From positions 7,425-71,424 of the forward strand of contig CAYTZB010000004.1 in NCBI GenBank assembly GCA_964442455.1: a DNA stretch of 64,000 nt, read 5' to 3'. This document shows, in pieces, positions 9,105 to 18,684 of this stretch. Source of the stretch: an uncultured Gammaproteobacteria bacterium. Lineage in GTDB: Bacteria > Patescibacteriota > Microgenomatia > UBA8517 > JACQJR01. Numbering within the stretch: position 1 is the first letter of the stretch; every line of letters starts with the position of its first letter. The translations under genes were made by a program, and so were the position numbers. The notes under the pieces were generated by a model that had not been told where the DNA came from, searched no databases, and saw only the letters and a program-made list of their open reading frames with translations.

Positions 9105-9878
9105 CTAATGTTTTCTGAAACGTGCTTGGATTTCTTCCCAAGTCACAAGGAGTGGAACGGCGACAAACGGGGAAGAGTAAGTACCGGTAACAACTCCGAT
9201 AAGAAGGGCGATAACAAACCAACGTAGCGTTTCTCCACCCAAAAGCGCGAGGGCTACTAAGACAAAAATAATCGTTAATGAATTATTAAGAGAACGAACC
9301 ATTGTTTGAGAAACAGCAAGATTGGCAAGATTGTATATGCTCCCACCAAGTCTTCTTTTTGTCTCACGTATTCTGTCAAAAACTACAATTGTGTCGTGGA
9401 CTGAAAAGGCAAGAGTAGTAAGCAAGGCAGTGACAAAAAGAATATCAACCGGTGCCCTCACAAAATGCCCCAACAGCGCGAATGAACCAATGAGCACGGC
9501 GCTGTCGTGCACGGTTGCTAAAATTGCCGATATGCCAAATTGAACACTCTTAAATTGCCACGCAACCCACAACAAAATTCCCCCTGCGGCAATCGCTACT
9601 GCAATAATGGTTTTGCGCAAAATTTCTTTTGAGAACGTCGGTCCTACACTTTCGAAACGGACAATCGTAGCATCTTCTCTTTGAGCTTCTTCTTGTGTTG
9701 TCGGCCCTGTTTGTTCAATGAAGCGACTACCATCACTTTTCTTCTGATACTCAATTACTGTTCCGCCGGTAAAATCAATTGAGAGAGCAAAACCCCAACG
9801 CACCAGCGAAAAAATGCCCACGCCAATAACAATTCCCGAAATTAAAAAATACAATGGTCGAAAATGCATCCAGTTCAT
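9105..9878 (-). CDS. secF: protein translocase subunit SecF
   Basis: It is a multi-TM protein with SecF-type periplasmic and TM regions, located immediately downstream of secD. Confidence 0.9.
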   Translation of the reverse strand: MNWMHFRPLYFLISGIVIGVGIFSLVRWGFALSIDFTGGTVIEYQKKSDGSRFIEQTGPTTQEEAQREDATIVRFESVGPTFSKEILRKTIIAVAIAAGGILLWVAWQFKSVQFGISAILATVHDSAVLIGSFALLGHFVRAPVDILFVTALLTTLAFSVHDTIVVFDRIRETKRRLGGSIYNLANLAVSQTMVRSLNNSLTIIFVLVALALLGGETLRWFVIALLIGVVTGTYSSPFVAVPLLVTWEEIQARFRKH

Positions 9879-9905
9879 CCTTCGGCTTCGCTCAGGACAA
9901 GTTGC

Positions 9906-11225
9906 CTAAGCTTTACCTCCTTTTGCAAATACCCGCAGTAATGTCCTCGTTACTACAATTCCGGTAAATAAGCTCAAAAGTACTCCAATTGCAAGTGTCG
10001 CAGCAAATCCTCGCACCGGCCCCGACGTATGAAGAAACGACCAATTAAACGGATTAAATAAAATGAAGGAAGTCAAAAGAGTGGCAATGTTTGCATCCCT
10101 AATTGAATCCCATGCGCGACCAAAACCTGCTTCAAGGGCCGACCTATAGTCAAGACCCCGCTGCACTTCCTCTTTGAACCGTTCAAAGGTTAAGATATTA
10201 CTATCAACCGCCATTCCAACCGAGAGCAAAAATCCAGCAATGCCGGGGAGCGTCAGAACGACCGGAATTAATTTAAATAAAGCAAGTGCAAACACTCCAT
10301 ACATAACCAGTGCCACCGTTGCGATAAGTCCTAATCTTCCATAGTAAAGCGTCATGAAGACAGCAACAGCCACAACACCTACCAGTCCTCCCCGAATTGA
10401 TGCCTGTACTGCTTCTTTGCCTAACGTCGGACCAATAGTGCGCTGTTCAATAGGCCGCAAAGGAACGGGCAATGCACCAGAGTTGAGTAATGTTACTATT
10501 TGCTTTACCTGCTCAACGGTAAAGTCACCCGTTATTACTGCTTGTCCACCCGAAATTTTCTCTTGAACGGTTGGGGCTGAAATGACTTCGCTATCAAGTA
10601 GAATCGCAAGCTGTTTACCCACATTCGCCTCGGTCAACTGCTCAAATAACTTTCCTCCCTCCTCATTAAACTGCAATCCCACGACTGGTTTTCCTGTTTG
10701 TGGGTCAAACTGAATTTGAGCGCGCACAAGCTCTTTCCCTGTAAGTGAAGTCGGGACAAGTTTAGCGGCTGGAGTCGCCTCACTTGTTTCTTCTTCAAAT
10801 TGTGCAAAAACAAGTTGTGCAGTTTGGCCAAGTAAATTTATGGCAGTAGTTGTATCCGTAACCCCCGGAAGTTCAGCAATCACTCTATAGCTTTCACCCA
10901 CCTTGGAAGTTTGAACCAAAGGTTCAGATACGCCAAATAGATTAACCCGTCTCTCAACCGTTGAAGCGGCAGCAGTTAGCGCACTTTCCTTATCTTCACT
11001 CTTGATGTTGCTCATATCCGTCTCAAAAACCAAGTGGCTCCCTCCTGCGATATCAAGACCAAGTTTTGTCTGCAAATCACGGATAAAAGAGAAGCTACCT
11101 ACTTTAATAGTAATCCCTGGCACAGGTATGGTACGACCACGCAGTGTCAATTCTCGAGGAAGTGCAACAAAGAGAGAGAGTAAAAATAAAACGAGTATAA
11201 AGAGCAACAAGCCGAGTGGTTTCAT
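9906..11225 (-). CDS. secD: protein translocase subunit SecD
   Basis: It has a signal-anchor, the LGLDIAGG motif, a large periplasmic domain and a C-terminal 6-TM bundle. Confidence 0.9.
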   Translation of the reverse strand: MKPLGLLLFILVLFLLSLFVALPRELTLRGRTIPVPGITIKVGSFSFIRDLQTKLGLDIAGGSHLVFETDMSNIKSEDKESALTAAASTVERRVNLFGVSEPLVQTSKVGESYRVIAELPGVTDTTTAINLLGQTAQLVFAQFEEETSEATPAAKLVPTSLTGKELVRAQIQFDPQTGKPVVGLQFNEEGGKLFEQLTEANVGKQLAILLDSEVISAPTVQEKISGGQAVITGDFTVEQVKQIVTLLNSGALPVPLRPIEQRTIGPTLGKEAVQASIRGGLVGVVAVAVFMTLYYGRLGLIATVALVMYGVFALALFKLIPVVLTLPGIAGFLLSVGMAVDSNILTFERFKEEVQRGLDYRSALEAGFGRAWDSIRDANIATLLTSFILFNPFNWSFLHTSGPVRGFAATLAIGVLLSLFTGIVVTRTLLRVFAKGGKA

Positions 11226-11810
11226 TTAACTTACAAAACTTTCCTCATCTCCTACAATCATTACCTTACTTCCCGAGATAACCTCAAGCAAGAAAGGATC
11301 GCGACGTCGTTTACGAAAGTCAAACTCTTCTCGGGTCATGGGTGTATAGTTAATCTCCTCACTCCGCCTCTTTTGCTCCTCTCTGATAAATGTGACCAAC
11401 TCCGGCAACACGACATCTCCCACAATCAATACATCAACCTCGTCATTAGTGCGTCTGGGCATCCAGCGTACAAATCGACCGGAGAACATGACATATGAGA
11501 TTTTTCCCAACTTTTCCCGGTTTTTGCGAATTGCGGCTCCCAGTCCTGTAGTTTTGACTACCAGTTGCAAAAGTTCTTGATAAAATTGATAGTCAGGCCG
11601 CACACCATAATATAGACGGTTCCCGCGCGGTTCGCGTCGCAACATCCCAGCTTCCTCCATACGTGCCAGTTCACGCCGCACTGCGTTAATCTCCTCCCCG
11701 GTCAACCGAACAAGCTCCCTGACATGATGAATTTGTCGAGGATTGCCATAAAACACCTCAAACAGCTTTATTCGTGCGCGAGAAACTATGAAGTCAGAAA
11801 TGTTGGCCAT
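11226..11810 (-). CDS. putative winged-helix transcriptional regulator with an uncharacterised C-terminal domain
   Basis: The N-terminal wHTH-like segment reads VRELVRLTGEEINAVRRELARMEEAGML. Its stop abuts the secD start, suggesting translational coupling. Confidence 0.45.
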   Translation of the reverse strand: MANISDFIVSRARIKLFEVFYGNPRQIHHVRELVRLTGEEINAVRRELARMEEAGMLRREPRGNRLYYGVRPDYQFYQELLQLVVKTTGLGAAIRKNREKLGKISYVMFSGRFVRWMPRRTNDEVDVLIVGDVVLPELVTFIREEQKRRSEEINYTPMTREEFDFRKRRRDPFLLEVISGSKVMIVGDEESFVS

Positions 11811-11825
11811 ACCGCATGGGGCAGA

Positions 11826-12989
11826 TTAATAATTAACCTCCGTTCCTGCGGACAGGACTTCTATCCAAATTGGTCCAGCAACAAAGGAAATTTCTTTCCC
11901 TGTTTTATCAAAAACTTCTGTTCGTGAAGTTCTCTCTTGCTTCTTCCAAGTTCCTTCTATCACAGTTCCCGCTTGAAAAACGAGTACCTTCCCGCTGCCA
12001 GTTGTCTGATAGAGTAAATGTTTTTCTACATCGCCAAGCGAGCGCTCACTGGTAAAGAGCACCACTACATTTGCAGCGGTGAGCTGCTGGTTGTTATTCA
12101 AGTCTGTGTGCGCCCTATCACCATTCTCCCGCTTCCATACCCCACTTGCCCCCTCATATGTCCATCGCACACTATATTGCTCATGCCCTGACCAGAAAGG
12201 GAATGAAATACTAGACACAGTGCCGGTGGTCCCGGGCTCTTTAAACTTCCATGGTAAAAATTCTTCATCCCACTTAGTACCGCTCTTATCTTTTGCTTCT
12301 AAGTCTCGTTCTTGGGCTACTTGCCATAATTTATCGGTAGTCGAATACATCGTATGCTCTGTTGCCACAGGATGCCCTATCCGTTCATAATCGCGCCAAA
12401 ACGTCGGAAAGCCAATTGCAAATTGATTAAAATCGTTTCCATCAGATAACCATCCATAGCGAGCGATAAGTCCCAATGCATCAGCGGGTCCGGGACGGTT
12501 TGCTCCTCCCACATGAACATACAACGGTTTATCGCCATACTCTGATGCCCAGTCCATGAAATAGACGCGGGCCGACCGAACTGGCCCAATGGTGAGCTCT
12601 TCGGCGGACGCTCCACAGTAAAATACGGCAAGAAATCGTGTAATACCACCCTCCGCCACTGCTTCGTACACAACATCAGCACTAGCGAGCCCTGATTGCG
12701 GTCGTGCCTCTTCATGGTTCTCAATCATGACGGTCAAAGGACGACGTTGCTCCCAAATTTCTCGTTCTTGTTTAGTATATTTCTTGCCATTCAAGGGACA
12801 GCTTTCTGTTTTGGGCGCATTCGGGTCAATCCCTGCTCTTTTTCCGGTAAGACCAATGGGGGAAATGAGAGGAACACTCGGTTTCACTACAAAAAAGAAT
12901 ATAAGCCACGAAACACCCGCTGACAACAAGTATAACCCAAGAAGGGTTATACTTATCCTCACATTTTGTGCTGTTACCAGTTGTCGCAT
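11826..12989 (-). CDS. DUF3048-family (YerB-like) exported protein
   Basis: It has an N-terminal TM anchor and a block (MIENHEEARPQSGL...DVVYE..AEGGITRF) typical of DUF3048. Confidence 0.55.
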   Translation of the reverse strand: MRQLVTAQNVRISITLLGLYLLSAGVSWLIFFFVVKPSVPLISPIGLTGKRAGIDPNAPKTESCPLNGKKYTKQEREIWEQRRPLTVMIENHEEARPQSGLASADVVYEAVAEGGITRFLAVFYCGASAEELTIGPVRSARVYFMDWASEYGDKPLYVHVGGANRPGPADALGLIARYGWLSDGNDFNQFAIGFPTFWRDYERIGHPVATEHTMYSTTDKLWQVAQERDLEAKDKSGTKWDEEFLPWKFKEPGTTGTVSSISFPFWSGHEQYSVRWTYEGASGVWKRENGDRAHTDLNNNQQLTAANVVVLFTSERSLGDVEKHLLYQTTGSGKVLVFQAGTVIEGTWKKQERTSRTEVFDKTGKEISFVAGPIWIEVLSAGTEVNY

Positions 12990-12990
12990 C

Positions 12991-13455
12991 TTACTTTTTT
13001 GCCAATTCTATCGCCTGTTTTTCTTCCTTTGAAAGCTCCGCTCGACTTTGCCCTTTGCTAATATCCTTTACATAGAGTCGGGTCGTATCTCGGGCGTGAA
13101 GCCCTGTGATAACCACTCCAGAGTTTTGCTCATTTAAAAGCGCGAGCGTAAATGACTGATTTCCTCCTGCATCACGGAATGGATTAAACCGCACCAATCC
13201 TATTTTTTGCAGATGCGTAACATCCGCGTGCTTGATATCGGTAATGACCGCCTCAATATTCGCAAGTTTCGTGTCAAATCCATCCTGTCGTGTTGCAAAC
13301 TCTCCCAAGAGCTTACGAATATCGCGCTCTCCTACTCTTCCTACTACTTTTTTAAAAGCGCGCTCACGGCTCCATATCCACCATGTGAGCGCTGCAACCC
13401 ACACAATCGCACTTCCAGTAACTACCCACAGGAACAATTCCTGATTGAACACCAT
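12991..13455 (-). CDS. DUF4446-like small membrane-anchored protein
   Basis: It has an N-terminal TM helix and a conserved VRFNPF..GGNQSF motif block. Confidence 0.45.
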   Translation of the reverse strand: MVFNQELFLWVVTGSAIVWVAALTWWIWSRERAFKKVVGRVGERDIRKLLGEFATRQDGFDTKLANIEAVITDIKHADVTHLQKIGLVRFNPFRDAGGNQSFTLALLNEQNSGVVITGLHARDTTRLYVKDISKGQSRAELSKEEKQAIELAKK

Positions 13456-13527
13456 TTTAACTCATTCATTCTAAGGGGATGGTGAAGGGGTTGTCAAGGA
13501 AGGATTTTTAGATTATCATCTTCTTAA

Positions 13528-13830
13528 ATGTCCAAGAAACGAAAAACAAGGAAGGAGAAAATGAAGGCTCGCCTTCGCCAAGAAAGGATAAACCCGGCAG
13601 AGCCTGCACAACAGGAGAGTGAATTTGAAGCCCCCACTTTTACGTTTGTCAAGAGGGAATTTAATGTGAATCACGCACAAACAGGCTCACCCACTTCACC
13701 AAGAGAAAAGCAAGAAAAACCAGCACAAACTGGAACTTTAGCTTCATCAACGAATGATCTCCGTAAAACATTTTTCATAGCTTCGCTCATCTTCTTGTTT
13801 GAAGCTGTGCTATACTGGCTCTGGAAATGA
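13528..13830 (+). CDS. hypothetical protein with a basic N-terminus and C-terminal TM helix (100 aa)
   Basis: ORF only, with a lysine/arginine-rich N-terminus. Confidence 0.3.
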   Translation: MSKKRKTRKEKMKARLRQERINPAEPAQQESEFEAPTFTFVKREFNVNHAQTGSPTSPREKQEKPAQTGTLASSTNDLRKTFFIASLIFLFEAVLYWLWK

Positions 13831-13872
13831 TTTTCCTGTCCAAAACAGGAAAGGAGGTGACGAGTAACTACT

Positions 13873-14010
13873 ATGGCAATGTATTGTGTTAAGTGCCGTG
13901 CAAGCCGTGAGGGAAAGAATGCTCAGCAAGTTACCATGAAGAACGGCAAGAAAGCAACCAAAGCGGTTTGTGAAGTGTGCGGTACGACAATGTTTAGGAT
14001 CGGAGGCTAG
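13873..14010 (+). CDS. small zinc-ribbon protein (45 aa; CxxC...CxxC)
   Basis: The sequence MAMYCVKCRASREG...VCEVCGTTMFRIGG has four Cys in ribbon spacing. A strong RBS (GGAAAGGAGGTG) lies 7 nt upstream. It was missed by the ORF track, which has a 60-aa cutoff. Confidence 0.5.
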   Translation: MAMYCVKCRASREGKNAQQVTMKNGKKATKAVCEVCGTTMFRIGG

Positions 14011-14037
14011 TTCGCCTCACAGTTTTTTCCAGGAAAT

Positions 14038-14075
14038 CACCTCATCCGGTAAAATAAGTGAGGTGGTTTCTTGGT
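14038..14075 (+). terminator. candidate Rho-independent terminator for the zinc-ribbon gene
   Basis: A 7-bp stem (CACCTCA / TGAGGTG) with a 14-nt loop is followed by the T-rich tract GTTTCTTGGT. Confidence 0.3.
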
Positions 14076-14696
14076 ATGCGCTCAAAAATAACGCCCAATC
14101 CCCAAAAAGTTTTTAAAGTCTTTAAAAAACATTACCAACCTATTCCCCTTGAGGTGTATGGAGATGATGCTTTCAAAACGCTCGTTTCAACACTTCTTTC
14201 ATCGCGAACTAGAGATGAAACAACATTTACAGTTTGCGAACGCCTATTCAAAAAAGTTCATAATTTCCAAGATTTAGGTCAATTAGGTAAATTAGAAATT
14301 AGAAATTTGATATATCCCGTTGGATTCTACAAAACGAAAGCAAAAAATCTTTCAAAAACTGCGAAACGTTTGGTAGAAGTGTATGGTGGAAACGTTCCAC
14401 AAACCATAGATGAACTCATTAAACTTCCTGGTGTGGGTAGAAAGACTGCAAATCTTGTTCTTGCTCGAGCTTTTGGAAAACCAGCAATTTCAGTTGATAC
14501 CCATGTCCATAAAATCGCGAATCTCCTTGGCTGGGTCAACACCAAAACCCCTGAACAAACAGAAAAAGAATTAATGAAAATCATCCCCAAAAAATATTGG
14601 CGTGACATCAACCGCCTGTTTGTTTCCATCGGCCGCCAGTTTAGAAGTAAACAAAAACTCACAGAATTTCTAATAGAGAATCAATTATTAGAATGA
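14076..14696 (+). CDS. nth: HhH-GPD DNA glycosylase (endonuclease III-like, no C-terminal FeS cysteine cluster)
   Basis: The HhH motif LPGVGRKTANLVL and the catalytic region VDTHVHKIANLLGW are present. The GTG at 14058 in the ORF track lies inside the terminator hairpin, so the ATG at 14076 is the preferred start. Confidence 0.7.
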   Translation: MRSKITPNPQKVFKVFKKHYQPIPLEVYGDDAFKTLVSTLLSSRTRDETTFTVCERLFKKVHNFQDLGQLGKLEIRNLIYPVGFYKTKAKNLSKTAKRLVEVYGGNVPQTIDELIKLPGVGRKTANLVLARAFGKPAISVDTHVHKIANLLGWVNTKTPEQTEKELMKIIPKKYWRDINRLFVSIGRQFRSKQKLTEFLIENQLLE

Positions 14697-14730
14697 CTTG
14701 TGGGTAAAAATTTGATATAATACTTTTATT

Positions 14731-15339
14731 ATGGCAGAACACACAGAAGATCGATTCTCTCGTGAGGAATTGAGAATAAGTCCTGGTATTCCCTTTTCCA
14801 TTACCTATGAACTAGCCGAATCTTCAATAGCGGCTTCAGATAAGGAGTACAACGTAAGACCTGATTCACAATTCAGGGCAGGAATGATTAGCTTGGACAT
14901 AGAAAAGGTAGAAAAAGCCGGTATATATGTAACCCTAAGAGAACCTCGTTTTGAGACTTTTACTTCTATATCTGATCCTATAGAACTCTGGTCCCCCGAA
15001 GATTTTGGAACACCTGCTGGTCCGATAGAAGTTCAATACGTTCTAGAGAATGGCAAAAGAATATTTAAAAGTTTACCGATGAGTTTTTCTGTTGTTATGA
15101 ATAATATTACTAAAGAACAGGTAGAAAAAATAAGGTGCTCTTTTATTTACGGAGGTAACAGATTTGAGGGAGAAGCGTTATATGTAGAAGAACCAAGGTC
15201 ACGGAGCAAGTATTATCCTGGAACACTTTCATTTCATAAGTGGAAAACACCCGATACTCAACAACCGCAATTTCAGTATTTTCCTCGCACACCGGAGGTC
15301 TACCAAAATTTACAATTTTTAGTTGATATCGAAAGATAG
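14731..15339 (+). CDS. hypothetical protein (202 aa), no recognisable domain
   Basis: The ORF is AT-rich. A TATAAT at 14713-14718 lies about 12 nt upstream of the ATG, suggesting a leaderless or short-leader transcript. Confidence 0.45.
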   Translation: MAEHTEDRFSREELRISPGIPFSITYELAESSIAASDKEYNVRPDSQFRAGMISLDIEKVEKAGIYVTLREPRFETFTSISDPIELWSPEDFGTPAGPIEVQYVLENGKRIFKSLPMSFSVVMNNITKEQVEKIRCSFIYGGNRFEGEALYVEEPRSRSKYYPGTLSFHKWKTPDTQQPQFQYFPRTPEVYQNLQFLVDIER

Positions 15340-15349
15340 TAAATCTCTA

Positions 15350-15895
15350 CTAATGGTCTAGAATAACTGTCACTGGACCGTCGAGTTCCGTTGAAATTTC
15401 CATATATTCTCCAAATCTTCCAGTTTTTACTTTTACACTTTGCGCTTTTAGCTTACTTATGACATCCTCCCCGCTTTGAAAAGCGGGGTTTCCTCTAAAG
15501 GAGGATGACATATCAGCGTTCAATTCATCTCCCGACTGAAAGTCGGGAGTTTTCTTGAATGCTGTTATAAAGTATTCATATAAAGGTTGGGCAATTTCGG
15601 GGCGGGCGGCTTTTACGAAGCTGGGGCGGTTGCCACCGGAGGTATCAGCATACAACGTAAATTGTGAAACAACAAGCATTTCTCCACCAACATCGTTTAC
15701 TGTTAAATTCATCTTTCCTGTCTGATCAGACATTATTCGTAACTTTGTTAGCTTTTCCGCTAAAAATTCAGCGTCTTTTTCTGTATCTCCATCTTTTATT
15801 CCCACTAACACAAAGAGTCCCTTTCCAATTTTACTAACAATCTTTTTGTTAACGGAAACAGATGCCGAAGAAACACGCTGGACGACACATTTCAT
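15350..15895 (-). CDS. dtd: D-aminoacyl-tRNA deacylase carrying a roughly 30-aa in-frame insertion
   Basis: The SQFTLYAD motif, the N-terminal MKCVVQRV region and the C-terminal GPVT motif are present. At 181 aa it is longer than the typical ~145 aa. Confidence 0.85.
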   Translation of the reverse strand: MKCVVQRVSSASVSVNKKIVSKIGKGLFVLVGIKDGDTEKDAEFLAEKLTKLRIMSDQTGKMNLTVNDVGGEMLVVSQFTLYADTSGGNRPSFVKAARPEIAQPLYEYFITAFKKTPDFQSGDELNADMSSSFRGNPAFQSGEDVISKLKAQSVKVKTGRFGEYMEISTELDGPVTVILDH

Positions 15896-15904
15896 ACAAC
15901 CTTA

Positions 15905-16393
15905 CTAAAGCCTTGAAATAATCGCTGCCTTAACCAAAATCCAAAAGAGATGATAGAAACCACCTACCCACAAAATAGTGTTGAGTGTTACGCCAATGAC
16001 TGCAAGCGTATATGCCTTCCAACCTCGTATCCTCAAGAGCCAAATAAGCGGTGCACCAACCATCGCAGGACCGGACACGATATAGGCAATAATGACAGAC
16101 GCGGCTTTCCCAATTTTGACACTTATGGTACTAAACTTCTCGAGCTTAATCTTCTTCGTTTGTGTGCGCACCCACGCGGATAACTCTACCTCAAAGGTTA
16201 AAAGATGTAAAAATATAACATTAAAAATGCTATTTACCACTACCATGACAAGTACTGCGCGAATAACTCCCGTATTAACGATGAGGATATTTGCCAGAAC
16301 AGTGAGCACAAAATCCGCAACAGGCCATATAGAAACTAAAATAGTTCTTCTGAATACACTTCTATTCATGGACACTCTTCCCCAGAGTAGCAA
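15905..16393 (-). CDS. hypothetical integral membrane protein (162 aa)
   Basis: It has multiple predicted TM helices. Confidence 0.4.
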   Translation of the reverse strand: MLLWGRVSMNRSVFRRTILVSIWPVADFVLTVLANILIVNTGVIRAVLVMVVVNSIFNVIFLHLLTFEVELSAWVRTQTKKIKLEKFSTISVKIGKAASVIIAYIVSGPAMVGAPLIWLLRIRGWKAYTLAVIGVTLNTILWVGGFYHLFWILVKAAIISRL

Positions 16394-17009
16394 AAATCCA
16401 ACCTGTTATAAATCCTCCAATGTGTGCAAACCAAGCAACCCCACCTATTGCGGCAATAGCAAGCGAACCAACGCCCGCAAAGAGTTGAGTAAAGAACCAG
16501 TAGAAAAGCATGACGCTCGCCGGAATATCGGTAACAGTAATAAATCCAAATACAGGAACGAGTGTTTTAATGGTATGGCGAGGAAATAGCACCAAATAAG
16601 CTCCTAACACTCCCGCAATTGCACCCGACGCCCCAAGCATGGGAATAGTTGAGTTGGGAGCGAGCAAATATTGTGCGGCACCGCCTACGAATCCCGAGAA
16701 AAGATATACAATGGGGAAAAATAACTTACCAAAATATCCCTCTACATTATCGCCAAAAATCCATAGAAACCACATATTAGACAAGATATGGACCAGACCG
16801 GCATGTAAGAATTGACTTGTGATAAACGGAGCGAAGGTCACAGGATTTCCCCAGTCAACAAGTGTGGGGATGAGTGCCCATTGTGAGATAAATAACTCAG
16901 GATTCGCCGCACTAAACTCAAGAAAAAATACCCATGTATTTAGCGCAATGATAACAAGTACCCAAAATGGAAAGGTGTGTGCTGGTTGTGAATCACGAAG
17001 GGGAATCAT
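16362..17009 (-). CDS. rhomboid-family intramembrane serine protease
   Basis: The GASGAIAG catalytic serine motif and AHIGGFITG catalytic histidine motif are present within a 6-TM protein. Confidence 0.8.
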   Translation of the reverse strand: MIPLRDSQPAHTFPFWVLVIIALNTWVFFLEFSAANPELFISQWALIPTLVDWGNPVTFAPFITSQFLHAGLVHILSNMWFLWIFGDNVEGYFGKLFFPIVYLFSGFVGGAAQYLLAPNSTIPMLGASGAIAGVLGAYLVLFPRHTIKTLVPVFGFITVTDIPASVMLFYWFFTQLFAGVGSLAIAAIGGVAWFAHIGGFITGWIFATLGKSVHE

Positions 17010-17142
17010 AGTTTATTCCAGATTACCAGGTACCAGATATCGGTTTCCAGTTTTTCAGGTCACAGTTTGCTTCTTAACCTGATAACTGATTACCCGAAAA
17101 CTGACAGCTGACAACTGATTAACTGATATTTCTTCACTTCAT

Positions 17143-18684
17143 TTATAGCATACTTTCATCTTGCTTAGGTCTATATTGCAGTGCCTCAGCGATATGAGCC
17201 GATCCTATTTCTTTCACGCCTGCCAAATCAGCAATCGTGCACGCAACCTTTATGACCTTATAGTATGAGCGGGCGGACAAATTAAGTTGGGTTGCAGCAG
17301 CAGTCAAAATACGCTGGGCTTCGGTTGAAAGGGGACAGAATTCACGCACCGCTTTGGTTGTTAGTTCGCTATTTGCACGAAACTTTGTTTTCTTAAACCT
17401 TGAAATCTGAATGTTTCGTGCCCGCTGGACCCTCTCACGAATTACCTTTGAACTTTCCACCTTCTTGTCACTCCGAACCAATTTTTCAACCTTTACCTCC
17501 GGTACCTCAATATGAATATCAATACGGTCTAAAATCGGCCCAGAAATTCGCTTTTGGTAGCGGGAAATGTGCCCAGGGAGACATCTACAGGGACGGGTTT
17601 GGGAACCATAGTATCCACATGGACACGGATTGGCAGCAGCAATTAAGGTAAATTGAGCAGGATACGAAACCGTTCCTGCTGCTCGAGAGATAGTAACTAC
17701 TCCATCCTCCATGGGTTGACGAAGTGCCTCTAAAACATGACGCGGAAATTCAGGAAACTCGTCCAGGAATAATACGCCGCGATGAGCGAGTGAAATCTCC
17801 CCCGGCGCGGGTTTAGTACTACCACCGATTAAACCAACCCTACTTGTCGTGTGGTGCGGACTACGAAAGGGACGAAAACGCACAATTGATTGCCCAGGAG
17901 GAAGATTGCCTGTTATTGAATAAATTTTCGTTACTTCCATTGCTTCTTCCTCAGTGAGAACAGGAAGTATCCCGGGAAAGGCACGAGCAAGCATGGTTTT
18001 ACCTGCACCAGGTACCCCTTTCATAAATACATTGTGCGACCCAGCTGAGGCAATTTCCAACGCTCGTTTCACTGATTCCTGACCCTGTACTTCCTCAAAA
18101 TCAAACTCAAAAGGTTGACCTTTTTGTAAAAGCTTTTTAAATGAAATTGTCTTTGCGGGAAGAATCGCAACAGTCCCTGAAAAATGGCGTACAAGCGAGA
18201 GTAAATTGTCAACCGGATATACTTTTATCCCTTTTATTACTGATGCTTCTTCACTATTAACCGATGGCAGGAATATGTGTGTAAAATGTTTTTCTTTCGC
18301 CAAAAGTGCCATCGGCAACACGCCCGCGGTATGCCGTAGTGACCCATCAAGCGAGAGCTCACCTAAAAACATAGAGTCGGATAAACTACGGCCGGGAAGC
18401 TGCCCGGATGCAGCCAGAAGCCCAACTGCAATTGGCAAATCAAACGAAGGACCTTCTTTGGGGAAATCGGCAGGGGCAAGATTGACAGTAATGCGTCGTG
18501 GGGGAAAATCAGCGCCTGAATTTTTAAGAGCTGCCCGAACACGCTCTTTTGATTCTTCAACTGCGCGGTCTGCAAGACCAACAATGGTAAACGAAGGTAA
18601 TCCACCTTCGGCAATATCAACTTCTACCTCAATTGGCACACCCGAGAGTCCTATCGTTGCACCTGAAAAAATCTTAGCGAGCAT
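17143..18684 (-). CDS. yifB: YifB/ComM-family Mg-chelatase-like AAA+ ATPase
   Basis: It has an N-terminal Lon-like domain, a Walker A motif (GVPGAGKT) and a C-terminal ChlI-like region. Length is 513 aa. Confidence 0.85.
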   Translation of the reverse strand: MLAKIFSGATIGLSGVPIEVEVDIAEGGLPSFTIVGLADRAVEESKERVRAALKNSGADFPPRRITVNLAPADFPKEGPSFDLPIAVGLLAASGQLPGRSLSDSMFLGELSLDGSLRHTAGVLPMALLAKEKHFTHIFLPSVNSEEASVIKGIKVYPVDNLLSLVRHFSGTVAILPAKTISFKKLLQKGQPFEFDFEEVQGQESVKRALEIASAGSHNVFMKGVPGAGKTMLARAFPGILPVLTEEEAMEVTKIYSITGNLPPGQSIVRFRPFRSPHHTTSRVGLIGGSTKPAPGEISLAHRGVLFLDEFPEFPRHVLEALRQPMEDGVVTISRAAGTVSYPAQFTLIAAANPCPCGYYGSQTRPCRCLPGHISRYQKRISGPILDRIDIHIEVPEVKVEKLVRSDKKVESSKVIRERVQRARNIQISRFKKTKFRANSELTTKAVREFCPLSTEAQRILTAAATQLNLSARSYYKVIKVACTIADLAGVKEIGSAHIAEALQYRPKQDESML

